From Eledone cirrhosa (Eukaryota): DNA of 64,000 bases. Shown in pieces: positions 1 through 14,351 of the stretch (within the stretch, counting starts at the first letter, position 1; the number at the start of each line of letters is the position of its first letter). The notes under the pieces are model-generated. The model was given only the letters and a program-made list of their open reading frames with translations. It made no database searches and was not told the origin of the DNA. Both the position numbers and the translations under genes were made by a program. The stretch lies in the NCBI GenBank assembly GCA_964016885.1, contig OZ024741.1, positions 177,630,001 through 177,694,000 on the forward strand, read 5' to 3'.

Positions 1-3
1 GCC

Positions 4-2240
4 ATGGAAATATTCAACTACTCTTCTTCCATGAAAGACATACCGATCCCGTCAGATAACACGTACATGAACCTGCTGTTATACCAGACCAACTCGTTCA
101 TCAGACGCTTGAGGTGGCGCCCGTATCACCACGACAGGCGGACACAACAACAAGCGCCAGACGCCTATCAGAACCGCCTAAAGCGGATTTTTAGATCGAG
201 AAGACACCCATCACACAATGCACAACTGGAGGAATTTGAAAACCGTCTTGTCAACATAGTTCGAAACATCAAGTTCCATAGGAATACTGCGCGATGGACA
301 AAATATCTCAAAAGTCTCGGATCCACCATCAAAAGCATGGAAAAATGCAAGGATGTACTCGTGCCCTCGGACAAGACCGGTAACGTATACATGCTTGACC
401 GTTTTACATATAATGAATGCTTAGGGAAGGAGATTAGGAAAAACTATAGGACTACTGGACAGACAAACTTAGATAGTATTAACGCCACGGCAAAAAGTAT
501 ACTGACGGGGCTAGAACTAGAGGATAGGACCGAGGTATATGTACCTAGAAGACCACGAATATCTATTAAGGACCACTAATTAAACTTTAAAACTAAACTA
601 CCTTTTAGTTTAATAGCACCCTCCAAATCCGACCTAGGAAAGACCAGTAAGAATATTATAGATAGGATAATACCGGTACTTAGAAACAAAACTAAGCTTA
701 GCCTATGGACCTCCACTAAGGAGGAAATTGACTGGTTCTCAGCAATAGATGACAAACACCAAGTAAACTTTATCCAGTTAGACATAGATAGCTATTACGC
801 GACGGTATCTCCGATACTAGTCAATAAGGCCCTAATAAGCGCCATGGCCAGATCTAGCCTCACTAGGGACGAGACCAACCTCATAGTAGCAGCCAAAAAG
901 ACGCTAATTAGTTTCGAAGACAAGTTATGGGAGAGGAGGGACAGACCCGACAGTTTCGATATCAACATGGGGTCAAGTGCCTCGGCACAGGTGACCGACC
1001 TGGTGGGGATATATCTCATCCATAGGCTGACGGGGGAGATCCCGGGGATCGGAGGTGGAATATACAGAGACGACGCACTTTTCACCTTGCGTTCCCTTAA
1101 CCCCAGTCAGATGGAGCGCATGAGGAAGTGCATATCGCATTTCTTTAAACAATACGACTTATCCGTGACAATTGACACTAGCACTAAGTCGGTCAATTTC
1201 CTGGAAATGAATACGGGCATCCACAGACCATACCATAAGCCCAATGAAAACCTGCAATATGTGAACAGGCAATCGAATCACCCTAAGTCAGTCATAGAAG
1301 CCATAGTTAAAGGGGTTTTAAAACGCATATCTACACTTTCGTCGAACGCAGAAGTGTTTAAACAGCACGCCGAATATTATAATGAGGCACTGCACAGGGC
1401 CGGTTACAAATACACCATAGTATATACCCCAGATAGAGTAGACCCTAACGATATGGTATGCAGAAATGCCAATAGTAAGGGCGCCTCCCTAGGTAGAAGA
1501 ATTGACCCGGTAGCAGTAGCCAGGAACACAAATAACAACACTACTAACTTTCATGACACAGGACCGACCCGAGATAGGACTAAGGCACCCATGGGAGCCA
1601 GACCACCCGGTGTGCGGAGGCATAGGCCTGGCACGCACACTGCATACTCGGTGGAAACTGGGACCTTGCAGAGATCTTCGACAAATAAAAACGGAACACA
1701 CGCCACGGAGCACGAACAGCCTAGTTCTAGTGCCACAGCACCGACAATAGCATCACATAGACCAAAGGGGAATAGACGTATAGATGACCACATAGAACGA
1801 CGTAAATTTACAACTGTAGAACTTAACCACGACGAATGTAGCAGGCAAATAGACAGGGACAACACACGAGACGACATTGACATTGAGGTGGGGCAGAGCA
1901 CTGGACCGACACCGAGCCCTAGACACAACAATATGAATCCACGCACACGAAGGAACAGATCTATGGCCGTTGCCTGGTTCAATGCGGCTTACTCCAAACA
2001 TGTACGCACCAATGTGCCAGGACTTTTCTTCCGACGCTGGATGAGTGCTTTCCGACGACAAATAAGTACCACAAAATCTTCAACCGCCACACGGTGAAAT
2101 TTTCCTTCTCCACTGCGCCGAATATGGCCGACTACATGGCTAGAACTAACGCGGTGAAGATGGCGCACACTAGCTGTCAACCGCGGCGACAGAGTGACCG
2201 GGTTTCGGAGCGAGGAGAACCAACTAGGGACCCGCCTTCA
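4..2240 (+). mobile_element. Penelope-like element, lineage A (YRDD-type RT, Naiad-like), frameshifted, 3'-truncated before GIY-YIG
   Basis: ORFs 4..579 and 844..2097 plus the frame between them: IPIPS..FIRRLRW, PSDKTGNVY, FDINMGS..SAQVTDLVG, GGIYRDD, PYHKPN..YVN..SNHP, WFN. Homologous to 5783-8984 and 48447-51005. Confidence 0.85.
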
Positions 2241-2637
2241 AATGACAACCCGACCACCAACTTTACATTATTTACAACCCGACCACCAACTTTACATTAT
2301 TTTTCTCTTCGTTAATTTTCAAATTCTTTTAATTTATACATTATCCTCCAACGGTTTTTCAACCTCCCTATGTAAAACAATATATTTTTCTCAGTTATAA
2401 AAGCTATCTCTCTCTCTCTATCAGCCATCTCTCCTCCTATCTCATCCTTCCTCATTATACTCCTCCCCCTCCACTTTTTACTCTCATCTCCTCCTCTTTT
2501 TCATCCTTTCCAACCTCCCCCCACCTCAAAAAATTTTTTTTTCCAAAATATCACACATCAATCTAAAACTACTTTTCATATGTTGATTTACAACTGCACT
2601 ATCCACAACTGTTTTTAACCTTCATATCATGGCCTCC

Positions 2638-2708
2638 TATTTTATCTGATGAAAACACAAATGTTATTGCATGATGATATTTGTTTTTGAAATGCGCATA
2701 ATAAAATA
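2638..2708 (+). ncRNA. Type I hammerhead ribozyme in a non-coding tail (2245-2740)
   Basis: tattttat-CTGATGA-[aaacacaaatgttatt..gatgatatttgttttt]-GAAA-tgcgca-TA-ataaaata. 8-bp stem I, palindromic stem III. Confidence 0.85.
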
Positions 2709-3177
2709 CATGGAACTCATTTATCCATCTTTTGATCTTATATATTATATATATAAATATATATATAAAAATTAACGTGTGTTTGTTTGTTTGTTTGTAT
2801 GTATGTCCAAGAAGGAAGGGGAATAACTCTTTATTTACTACGTGTATATATATATATATATATAAAATATTGAAAAACAATGAACAATTAAACAAATAAC
2901 ATTGTCTTCATATTAATCTATTGTACTTAAATTTGCTGTCCATTGGTCTGACCTAATTATCTTTCTCTACTGTAACCACCATACCATCCTTTTCCACAAT
3001 TGTTTTACTGTTTTCTTATTCTACACTGATGATAGAGGACTGAAGGAGGTAGGTTTGCATTTATCTCAGTATAATTTGTAAAATATAGTATATATGTATG
3101 TGTATGTATATATGTGTATATGTATATATATATATATGTATATGTGTATATATGTATATGTATATATATTTTTTTTT

Positions 3178-5507
3178 ATGAAGATGCATAAATCAATATT
3201 ATCAACGTTAGTATCAGGTGACACAAGTGAACCTAAACATTTCTTGGCAAACATACGCAAGTACAATTCATGTTTCCAAATGACATTGTTCGGTGCAACA
3301 AATATCGTGCGCGAGAATTACATGCCAACATTCAAAGTGCAAGGGCAAATTTATCATCGTGCTGGATCACTACCACCACTGCCGGACGCAGATCACAAAT
3401 TTCTTCAAATGTATTTCATGGGAAACACTGATGACCAAATAGATCAACGTTGCAAATTCAATAGGGGAACTAAACGAGAAATTGTTACTGCATTACAAAC
3501 TTTATTCAATCAACACAACAAATTAATTCGATTGTTCAGAGCTGCCCTTGAACAAATGCCAAGTGATGACTACACAATTGTAGTTAGAGCAGACAAAACA
3601 CCTGTTGGCCAACATCAAAGACAGTACAATGCACCAACAATTGATGAAGTGGCGATCGTTATTGTAGGTGAAAAATTTAACTCGCGCGATATAATTCTTC
3701 CCCGCGGAAATGGTGATGTTCAGCGAGTCTCAGAAACGCATCGGTCATACGATGGTTTGCAATATCAGATTTTATTTTGGCAAGGAGAAGATGGATATCA
3801 TTTCAACATCAAACTGAGAAATCCACAAACAGATAAGGAAACGAATAAGAAAGTCAGTGCCATGAATTATTATTCATATAGATTAATGATTCGTGAAAAC
3901 GGTGAAAATCATATTTTGAAATGTCGACAATTGTTCCATCAATACATTGTCGATATGTATGCAAAAATCGAAACCGAACGACTCCTCTACATTCGATTGA
4001 ATCAAACCAATCTACGTTCAGAAGAGTACATTCATTTACGTGATGCCATTGTTAATGATGGCAATATGAATCCTAATGATTTGGGGAAAATGGTCATACT
4101 GCCGGCTACATTTACAGGGAGCCCACGGCACATGCATGAATACGCACAATATTGCACTGGCAATCGCATCATCTGGGATTGCGGCAACTCTTTTGGATGG
4201 TGGCCGAACTGCACATTCAGCACTGAAATTGCCATTGAATATGCAAATCACTGAGACACCAACATACAATATCACCAAAAATTCTGGTATAGGTAAAGTA
4301 TTCCAATCATGTCAAATCATTATATGGGACGAATGTACTATGGCGCACAAAAAATCATTGGAAGCGCTTAATAACAAACTAAAAGATTTGAAAGGAAATG
4401 AACAGCTCTTCGGTGGCACACTCATTTTATTGTCTGGTGATTTTCGACAAACTCTACCAGTTATACCGCGATCAACACCCGCTCATGAGCTTAATGCATG
4501 TCTCAAATCATCAGTTTTATGGCGACACGTACAGAAATTAACTTTAAAAACCAATATGCATGTACAACTACAAAATGATGCATCCGCTGAACGTTTCACA
4601 ACACAATTGCTGGATATTGGGAATGGGAAAATGGTAATCGATGAATCCACAAAATGTATGACATTGCCAACAAACTTCTGTAGAATCACAGCAACCAGAG
4701 ACGAACTGATTCACAAAGTTTTCCCAAATATCGCGCAGCATTACAAAAATGTCAATGCCATTAATTTCAGCATTCAAAACAAAATACCAGGCGAAGCGAC
4801 AACGTATAAGTCCATCGATACTGTAATGAATCAAGACGAAATTATCAATTATCCAACTGAATTCTTGAATTCACTTGATTTGCCAGGCATACCACCGCAC
4901 ATTTTAACATTGAAAATTGGCGTGCCTATCATCCTTCTCCGAAACATCAATCAACCACAACTTTACAACGGTACCAGGCTTTCAGTGAAAAGATGATGAA
5001 CAATATCATCGAAGCTACAATTTTAAATGGAAAATTAAAAGGAGAAGATGTACTGATGCCACGCATCCCAATGATTCCGACAGATACGCCATTCGAATTC
5101 AAACGTTTGCAGTTTCCGGTGCGACTCGCCTTTGCAATGACTATCAACAAAGCACAAGGACAATCGCTACAAGTGTGTGGACTAAATTTAGAAAATCCAT
5201 GCTTCTCACATGGACAGCTGTATGTGGCTTGCTCACGCGTCGGTAAACCTTCTGATTTATTCGTGTACGCACCAGAAGGAAAAAGAAAAAAAATTGTGTA
5301 TCCAAAAGCACTTCAGTAAAATAAATTAAATGTTCTTATAACGAGTTTTCTTTAAATTCATCAGTCATTCAGTCATTTAAAGATAAATGTTAAGATCTAA
5401 AAAATAGAAACTAAATTAGAGAAGTTTTTAAATAACGATTAAAATTTTAATATTATTGTTTTCTAAATAAGCTTTTTAACACCGAGCGAAGCCGGGTAGC
5501 TTCGCTA

Positions 5508-5508
<1 letters not shown>
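3178..5508 (+). mobile_element. Helitron, internally deleted Rep/PIF1-helicase pseudogene with intact 3' terminus
   Basis: N-terminal Helitron region (FLANIRKYNS, FKVQGQIYH, YNAPT, LFHQYIVD, LPATFTGSPRHM) joins at ~4150 directly to PIF1 motifs (ASSGIAATLL, IIWDECTM, GDFRQTLPV, FAMTINKAQGQS, HGQLYVACSRV). 3' hairpin AGCGAAGC-cgggta-GCTTCGCT ends in CTAG at 5505-5508. Confidence 0.93.
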
Positions 5509-5578
<70 letters not shown>

Positions 5579-5599
5579 TATGTATATATATATTTTTTC

Positions 5600-5641
<42 letters not shown>

Positions 5642-5642
5642 G

Positions 5643-5673
<31 letters not shown>

Positions 5674-5722
5674 ACATATGCATATATATATATATATATA
5701 TATATACATATGTATATATATG

Positions 5723-5757
<35 letters not shown>

Positions 5758-5782
5758 GTATATATATATATACATATATATA

Positions 5783-8700
5783 TTACCGTGCTCCTTTTGT
5801 AGAGCATCTCACCTTTTTTTGCCATTATGTTGGAGAACCAGCCGTTACCCATGTCTCTCAAGTGTATCCCCTTACCCAGCAGAAAAACCTACCTCAAACT
5901 GCTTATAGACGCTACTAACTGGTTTATACGGAGAGTCAGATGGAAGGCCTACCACCTGGATAAGAACACCCGTAACCTTCCTAAACCGAAGGAGAGGTAT
6001 GGCTTCAAAACAAACCGAAACCCACCGCACAACACCTTACTGGACTGCTTTGAAGAGGACCTGCTGAAAATGATCAAAAACGTTAAGTTCAGAAAGAAAC
6101 ACCAATCCAGCAATCCATTCTTAACATCGCTTGATACACTAATAACTAAGATCAAAAATGACCCGCACCTCTTCGTCACCTCCGACAAAACCAAAAAGCT
6201 GTACAAGATGGACGCGAGTAAGTATAAACAATTCATCTGTAAGGAACTACACAAAGAGTACAAAAATACACCTAAATGACATAAATAGAGTAGGGAAGGA
6301 TAGAGTCGCCAGCTTAGAAATAGAAAAGTACACTAACCCGTACATCCCTCTGACGCCTAGATTCTCTCTTAAGGATCACACATGTAACTTTAATGAAAGC
6401 CCCTCTATTAGACTAATATACCCCTCTACATCTGATATAGGTAAGTTTAGCAAAGTGATCCTCGAGAGAGTACTACTGGAGCTTAATAGAAAGGCTAAGG
6501 TCTGCCTCTGGGTCAACATCGACCAGGCCATAAATTGGTTCACAGAGTTGCCGGATAAAGCGACACTGAAATTCATCCAGTTTGACATAGATAGTTACTA
6601 CGCCTCTATCTCCCTCATACTCTTAAATAAGGCACTCATCTTAGCTACATCTAACACTAGCCTCACTTAAAAAGAAATAGACATAGTTCTAGCGGCGCGT
6701 AGAACCATTATCCAGTTCGAAGGCTCCCACTGGACCAGTACCAACCGTCCTGATAACATCGATGGCACTATGGGGTCCAGTGACTCAGCGCAAGCAACTG
6801 ACCTGGTCGGGGTATACTTCCTACATAAGCTTAGGGACGAGATACCGGCCCTACACGGAGGTGTATATAGGGACGACGCCCTGTTTACCGTCAGGAACCA
6901 TAGCCCCCGTAGGATAGAGAACCTTAACAAACATATACACATGTTCTTCAAGTCATACGGCCTATCTGTATCTATGGACCTCAACCACAAGTTTGTCAAC
7001 GTCCTGGACGTGACACTGGAGTTGAATACGGGCTTATACAAGCCATACCATAAGCCTAGAGAGGGCCTCACTTATATTAATTATGCATCCAACCACCCTA
7101 AGCAGACTCTCAATTCCATAGTCTATAGTATCTCACATAGAATCTCGCGGCTATCCGCCAATGAGGATATCTTCAACCAAGCGGTAGATTACTACAATCG
7201 GGCCCTGATAAGCGCCCGCTTTAACCGAGGAATTTCCTACATCCCTAACGCTAGCTCTAGAAACCACCCCACTCATAAAACTAATGTTATAGTAAGCCAT
7301 ACCTATAACCGATCACGTGGCGACCTCGTTGAAGTCGGATATAATAGAATAGATAATCGCACTAAAAATCACGTGCCCGGCGACAGTGACCACTGTAGAT
7401 TACTCGAACTATTCCCCTATTACAAAACCAACAAAGGCGACGGCCTACTACCAACGCCTTCCAACCAACATCTTCCTGTACATAAACATGGAAGAGGGAA
7501 GAAGAGTGCACCCGAGCATAAAGTGAAAGGGGCACCTAACGGGCTACAGCGCATTAACACACATAAGAGTGGTCACCTAGATGGAAGCACCCGAAGCAAA
7601 CGTACAAGGACACGTAATCGCCACCGTAACGTCCTATGGTTCCCACCTGCTCTCGGAGTGATGCCTCCAACGTACCCCGGATGTTTTTCGAAGTCTTAGA
7701 GAAGAGCTTCCCGCCCAACCATTGGTATAGAAAAATTCTTAATAGGAACAATATAAAAATATCCTTCTCTACTACTCCTAACCTAGCAGACATCATAGGA
7801 ACAACGAACCACAGTAAGATCACCAAGACACAGCACCTCGACACAGACGCACCTACACCTGACAATAACTATATCGGCCTTAACAACTCCCTAGCAGCAT
7901 CCAATGGTGCTGGCAACGGCCTCCGCTGACGCAGCCAGCATAACCGCGAAATGATTGGGGAACATGCAGGACATGACGTGCGGAATAACAATCGCACCAC
8001 CCCGCGTGCTGTGGGTTGTAATGGTGCTAAACGACAACTGCGGGACCGTAGGTAACAACGTAGGCAGCAACAATGATAGCCTTACCGTGAGAAATAGATG
8101 GAACCGCGTCAGAAATTGCAACTGCCGAGACAGAGGACGCTGCCCTCTTAGAGGATACTGCTTGACTGATAGGGTTATATATAGATGCACTGTAACTAGC
8201 CACAATAACGTTAAATATTATATAGGGGCTACCTCCGGCCCGTTCAAAATTAGGTTTCGAACACATCTCCACTCTTTCACAAATAAACAACTAATACACT
8301 CCACTTCGCTCGCGGACTATATCACATCACTAAAGGACTTAAACATCAGCTTCTCCACGCACTGGGATATTGTCGGCTGGGCTGCACCGTACAACTTCAA
8401 GAGGAAATGCGATATTTGCCTCATGGAGCTCTACCACATCATAACAGCACCCCACGAGCTCATCAACAGCAGAGCTGAAACAGCGATAAATTGTACACAT
8501 CGCTTTAAAATATCCTTCTTCAGATGGGTTAAGGATGAGGAGTGAAACCGAGCACCGTATCTCCCTGCAACAAGTCTTAACACCCTGGCGGCAGGCGCTG
8601 CACAATAACACCCAAGAAAATAACCTTCCATACCAGACCCAGCCTCAAACGACACAGACAAACAGTTGCAGTTAACAAATGTCTCAAAATAAGCGTTGGT

Positions 8701-8984
8701 TACATGACCATGTGCGTATCGACAATGGTAAGGTTGTAACCTTATCTTGTATCGGATAAAAACTGCCCTAACACCGGCCAGAGTTACCTCCCTTGACCTG
8801 CAGCAAAATCAAAACAAACTATTTTTGCGAGCAATGAACCTTGACGTGAATTTAACCCCAAATACTCTTTCCAGGCAATGTGAGGAACACTTTTGGTTAT
8901 TTATGCCCTTGATAAACGTACGTAGGTGCTGTTTTAAATAAACATGTTTTAACGGTCTATTCTCCGATTTCTTACTTTCCCACG
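5783..8984 (+). mobile_element. Penelope-like element, lineage A, near full-length, disrupted ORF (RT + Cys-rich linker + GIY-YIG)
   Basis: ORF pieces 5827..6279, 6158..6670, 6770..7699, 7636..7929, 7955..8545. YRDD, CNCRDRGRCPLRGYC, VIY..YIG..FKIRF..H, CDIC..E, LINSRAE..C.H. Flanked by (TA)n on both sides. Confidence 0.92.
8905..8927 (+). ncRNA. Reduced hammerhead-like motif lacking stem II in PLE 3' end
   Basis: gccc-TTGATAA-ACGTACGTA-ggt. U3-A8 core fused directly to palindromic stem III; stem II and GAA are missing. Confidence 0.35.
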
Positions 8985-9013
8985 TATATATTCATATGTA
9001 TATATATATATAC

Positions 9014-9121
<108 letters not shown>

Positions 9122-9200
9122 GTATATATATCTATATATATACATATGTATATATATATAATATATATATATACATATGTATATATATCTATATCTATAC

Positions 9201-9272
<72 letters not shown>

Positions 9273-9290
9273 GTAATAGGAACCAGTAAG

Positions 9291-9384
9291 ACCCCGACAG
9301 CTGAGCTCAAGCCGTTTCGACGGCTAATTCTGGACTAAATGAAAATTTATCCTGGTATTTAAATAGCCGATCTTCTCAAGGGGT
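9291..9384 (-). ncRNA. Type I hammerhead, U3-A8 core (left arm)
   Basis: Reverse complement of 10788-10881. Confidence 0.7.
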
Positions 9385-10787
9385 AATTCCATATATGGTC
9401 AAAGTGATTGTCCAAAATCAGTAGTAATTCTGTGGTTGCAAATTAGTAGGGGAGATGGTGGCTAAACCTGCCAGTAGGAGAAAGAGGGGAGGGGGTGGAG
9501 TAGACCCAATCAAGCGTTGGTAGTGCCAGCTACAGCTGGGCATGAGGTCAAAGAAGATACAGGGGAGGGGGAGGGGGAGGAAGTCGGAACGGTAGGTAGA
9601 ACAATGGGGGGTAGAAATATATAGGAAAGAAAAAATACTGAGAGTGAAGAAAAGCAAATAAGTGTAAAGAAAAAAGTAAAGTAAATTAAATTCTACGACC
9701 TAGGTCTCAGGCTATTGTTAGGCTAGAATAAAATAAATAAAGAAAGAAAGAAGTAAAGAAAGAAAGAAATAAAGAAATAACGAAATAAGTAAAAGAACTA
9801 GTTGGGACGGAATAGGCAAGGACCCTTTTAAGAGGTATAAGTACGTAAATGATACGGTCACGGGTCAACAAAGGGGCCAAAATACTAAAGAGACTACCAC
9901 GAAATAAAAAATAAAGGTTTCCATCCCGGGCCAGCAACGACCCAGTGCAGCAAAGTGAACTTGTACGAGATAATAATTCTGAGTCCCGAGAAAAATATAT
10001 ACTAATGCTAACTCTAAAAGATCTTATGCCTTATTTTTTCGTTTCAGTATTTCTTGCTTCGCTTTTCTTCTGGGCGGGGTGGATTCTGAATTTATTTCTC
10101 CGTATTCTACCTTTATTTCGTACGAACTTTCATGTAGCTTGTTTAAGATCTTTTAGAGTTAGCATTAGTATATATTTTTCTCGGGACTCAGAATTATTAT
10201 CTCGTACAAGTTCACTTTGCTGCACTGGGTCGTTGCTGGCCCGGGATGGAAACCTTTATTGTTTATTTCGTGGTAGTCTCTTTAGTATTTTGGCCCCATT
10301 TGTTGACCCGTCACCGTATCATTTACGTACTTATACCTCTTAAAAGGGTCCTTGCCATATTCCGTCCCACCTAGTTCTTTTACTTATTTCGTTATTTCTT
10401 TATTTATTTATTTCTTTACTTCTTACTTTCTTTCTTTATTTTATTCTAGCCTAACAATAGCCTGAGACCTAGGTCGTAGAATTTAATTTACTTTACTTTT
10501 TTCTTTACACTTATTTGCTTTTCTTCACTCTCAGTATTTTTTCTTTCCTATATATTTCTACCCCCCATTGTTCTACCTACCGTTCCGACTTCCTCCCCCT
10601 CCCCCTCCCCTGTATCTTCTTTGACCTCATGCCCAGCTGTAGCTGGCACTACCAACGCTTGATTGGGTCTACTCCACCCCCTCCCCTCTTTCTCCTACTG
10701 GCAGGTTTAGCCACCATCTCCCCTACTAATTTGCAACCACAGAATTACTACTGATTTTGGACAATCACTTTGACCATATATGGAATT

Positions 10788-10881
10788 ACCCCTTGAGAAG
10801 ATCGGCTATTTAAATACCAGGATGAATTTTCATTTAGTCCAGAATTAGCCGTCGAAACGGCTTGAGCTCAGCTGTCGGGGT
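10788..10881 (+). ncRNA. Type I hammerhead, U3-A8 core (UUGAGAA)
   Basis: acccc-TTGAGAA-gatcggcta..tagccgtc-GAAA-cggc-ttgagctca-gctg-TC-ggggt. Confidence 0.75.
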
Positions 10882-11009
10882 CTTACTGGTTCCTATTACC
10901 CACTCTACTACCTCAAGTATTGAGTACTTTGGTGCGTTATGGTCCACCTGGTTCCTTACCACATTTCCTTCGTTATATACATATGTATATATATATATTT
11001 ATACATATG

Positions 11010-11074
<65 letters not shown>

Positions 11075-11115
11075 AGTAGTTTATGAAACGGAAATGCGCG
11101 TATAAAGAATGTATT

Positions 11116-11232
11116 AGGTAACAATTGTTTCTATAGTGTATGGGTTACCTATACCTCGCAATTTGAATAATATAAAAATATTATCATAAACCGAAGGTAC
11201 ACTGTAAGAAAACACACCATGTCTTCAGACCT
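11116..11232 (-). ncRNA. Type I hammerhead with ~90-nt stem II, within island 11072-11618
   Basis: Minus strand: aggt-CTGAAGA-catggtgtgt..atacactata-GAAA-caattg-TT-acct. Confidence 0.7.
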
Positions 11233-11657
11233 TTGTAGTGGAATGATATGAAAATATTTTATACACTAGATAAAAGAGAAAGAAGGAGGTAGGAAGGGAA
11301 GGGAAAGAGGGAAGCGAGTAAGGAGGAGTGAGTCCTAGGATTTAAGACTGTCAGAGTAGTAGAAATTGTAAGGAGAGAATGCTTTGGCAGCAGTTAGCTT
11401 AATGAGGCGTGTTAGGTTTGGCGGGGGAAGTAAATTCTTCTAGTGGTGTTGTGTGGACAAAATTTAGTTAAAGGGGTCAAAGTGGTACAGAGTTACAGAC
11501 AAGTTATTGGGGCCGTTATAGTAGCAGGTTATTTCTAAAGGGGTCCATAAACAGTGTTTAGTACTATTATTATAGAAAGCCATATCGTGTGTATAAACAT
11601 ATAAAACAGAAATTTGCAAATATATATATATATACATATGTATATATATATATATAT

Positions 11658-11722
<65 letters not shown>

Positions 11723-11727
11723 TATAC

Positions 11728-11801
<74 letters not shown>

Positions 11802-11836
11802 GTATATATATATATATATATATACATATTTATATT

Positions 11837-11946
<110 letters not shown>

Positions 11947-11966
11947 TATTTATATGTATATATATA

Positions 11967-12020
<54 letters not shown>

Positions 12021-12038
12021 CATATATATATGTATATA

Positions 12039-12152
<114 letters not shown>

Positions 12153-12426
12153 AAAGAATAGAGGTGTAACACACAAGTTATTATATATTGGTAAACGGAA
12201 TAGAAAATGCTGACAAATTGTTCACAGTTGAAAAATGGTTTAATTAGGAATAAAAGAGTATTAGTGATTGTATGGGTTAGTATTCAGTTGTGGTTTTAAG
12301 TATTTAAGTTTTTACCGGTTGCGCATTTCTAAATGCTTTTCGAAAATAATTTTGAGATAGAGTGTCCGTGCTGTTTGCTCTGATCTGATTAGTTTTGCGA
12401 ATTCTACCTGTTTTTATGTTAACAAA

Positions 12427-13450
12427 TGATGACACTAAGGTAGCACAGGCAATCAAAAACCCGACTGACGCTGACCTTTTACAGCAGGATCTGGATGCCA
12501 TATAGAAATGGGTAAATGGGCGGAAGAAAAAAACATGCAGTTTAATGCTGGCAAATTCCAAGCCCTACAATACATACCTCCAAACAAACCTGCAAACACA
12601 AATATAGTGGAACACAACTACACAGGACCAGGAGGGACTGATATCCCCGTGTCAAAATCTATACGAGACCTGGGCATAGACATGAGCGATGATGCATCTT
12701 TTTCTTCACACATCATGAAAGTGGCGACAATGTGCAGACGACTCGATGGCTGGATCTTGAGGACTTTCCGGACAAGAGATCGAGACATCATGTTGACACT
12801 ATGGAGGACATTTGTCCTAAGCCGCCTGGACTACAGCTCCCAGTTGTGGTCACCCCATAGTGTCAAACTAACCACGGAGCTTGAGGCAATCAGCGGAGCT
12901 ACACCAAGAGGATTACCAAGATGAGGGAGACAAGCTACTGAGAGAGGCTAAAGGAACTGAACCTCTACTCCTTGGAGTGAAGACGGGAGAGATACGCAGT
13001 GATATACATGTGGAAAATCCTGGAGGGACTAGAACCAAACTTTGGCTTTGGGAGCTGGACCAACCGTCGAACAAGACGTCACTGTGTGGTGCCAAAGGTT
13101 CCGTCTTCCACATCTAGAATAAGGAGCAGGTGTTGCAATAGCCTGGGATTCAAGGGCCCTCAACTCTTCAACAGGCTGCCGAGGGATTGGAAAGACTTGC
13201 ATGACGTGGAGGTGGATGTCTTCAAGAAACATCTCGACACCTTGTTATCCAGGATCCTGGATGAGCCCACAGCATGACACGAGGGAAACCTAAGGGCAGC
13301 AGCAACAAACTCCCTATTACACCAGTGGCCAAACTATACAAGCTGGAGATAAAATGTGTAGCAACAAGAGCGGTGCCCCAGCATGGCCTCAGCCGGATGG
13401 CTGAAACAGGTAAAACAGTAAAACAGTAAAACAATAAAACAGTAAAACAG
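12427..13450 (+). mobile_element. CR1-group LINE, 5'-truncated 3' end
   Basis: DDTK, KNMQFNAGKF, IRDLGI, VLSRLDY.SQLWSP, LYSLE.RR. (GTAAAACA)n 3' tail; same family as 28545-30710. Confidence 0.88.
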
Positions 13451-13602
13451 TATACATATATATGTATATATATGTATATATATGTATATATATATATAAG
13501 TATATATATGTATATATGTATATATATATGTATATATATATATAAGTATATATATATATGTATATATATATATATGTATATATATATACGTATATATATG
13601 TA

Positions 13603-13658
<56 letters not shown>

Positions 13659-13664
13659 CATATG

Positions 13665-13697
<33 letters not shown>

Positions 13698-13740
13698 GTA
13701 TATATATATATGTATATATATTTATATGTATATATATATG

Positions 13741-13796
<56 letters not shown>

Positions 13797-13840
13797 GGTA
13801 TATATATATGTATATATATATGTATATATATATATATGCA

Positions 13841-13928
<88 letters not shown>

Positions 13929-13968
13929 TATATATACATATATATATATGTACATATATATATATATG

Positions 13969-14041
<73 letters not shown>

Positions 14042-14186
14042 TTTGAGTATATGTTGGTTGTATACCACGCCTCAGTATGCTGGCTGGAGCACTCAACGAA
14101 GTGCGCAGGTTGGTTTGGTTACTCGGAGTAATGTAAAATAAAGTTAAATAAAAAGTCAAATGTTTAAAATTTAGCTTCGTTTATTG

Positions 14187-14239
14187 CTGCTATATATATT
14201 TCAGTGACAGCCATCTTTGGCTCTGACCTTTTAAGGCAG
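14187..14239 (-). ncRNA. Degenerate type I hammerhead in non-coding segment 14041-14345
   Basis: Minus strand: ctgc-CTTAAAA-ggtcagagcca-aaga-tggctgtcact-GAAA-tatata-TA-gcag. Core carries two substitutions. Confidence 0.5.
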
Positions 14240-14351
14240 TCCGAATTAGTGTGGTATAGACAAGTACATATCTTGTTGAGGTGTATAATATGGTCAATAC
14301 TCTGATATGCCCAGTTCCTGGTTGGGTTGTTATTTCACTGAGGAATTGGAA

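Larger units (their letters stand above)
9275..10974. mobile_element. Non-autonomous HHR element as a ~750-bp-arm inverted repeat, 3' ends outward, in (TA)n
   Basis: 9275-10026 is the reverse complement of ~10144-10899. The right arm extends to 10974. No credible ORF; one HHR per arm; same family at 44737-44921. Confidence 0.85.

Noticed and set aside
3020-3090. CTGATGA at ~3026
   Set aside because: No GAAA or stem III before the TA tract; at best a truncated hammerhead.
9275-10974. MITE or foldback DNA transposon explanation for the inverted repeats
   Set aside because: Arms have unequal ends, contain ribozymes and mirror the inverted structure of the coding PLEs.
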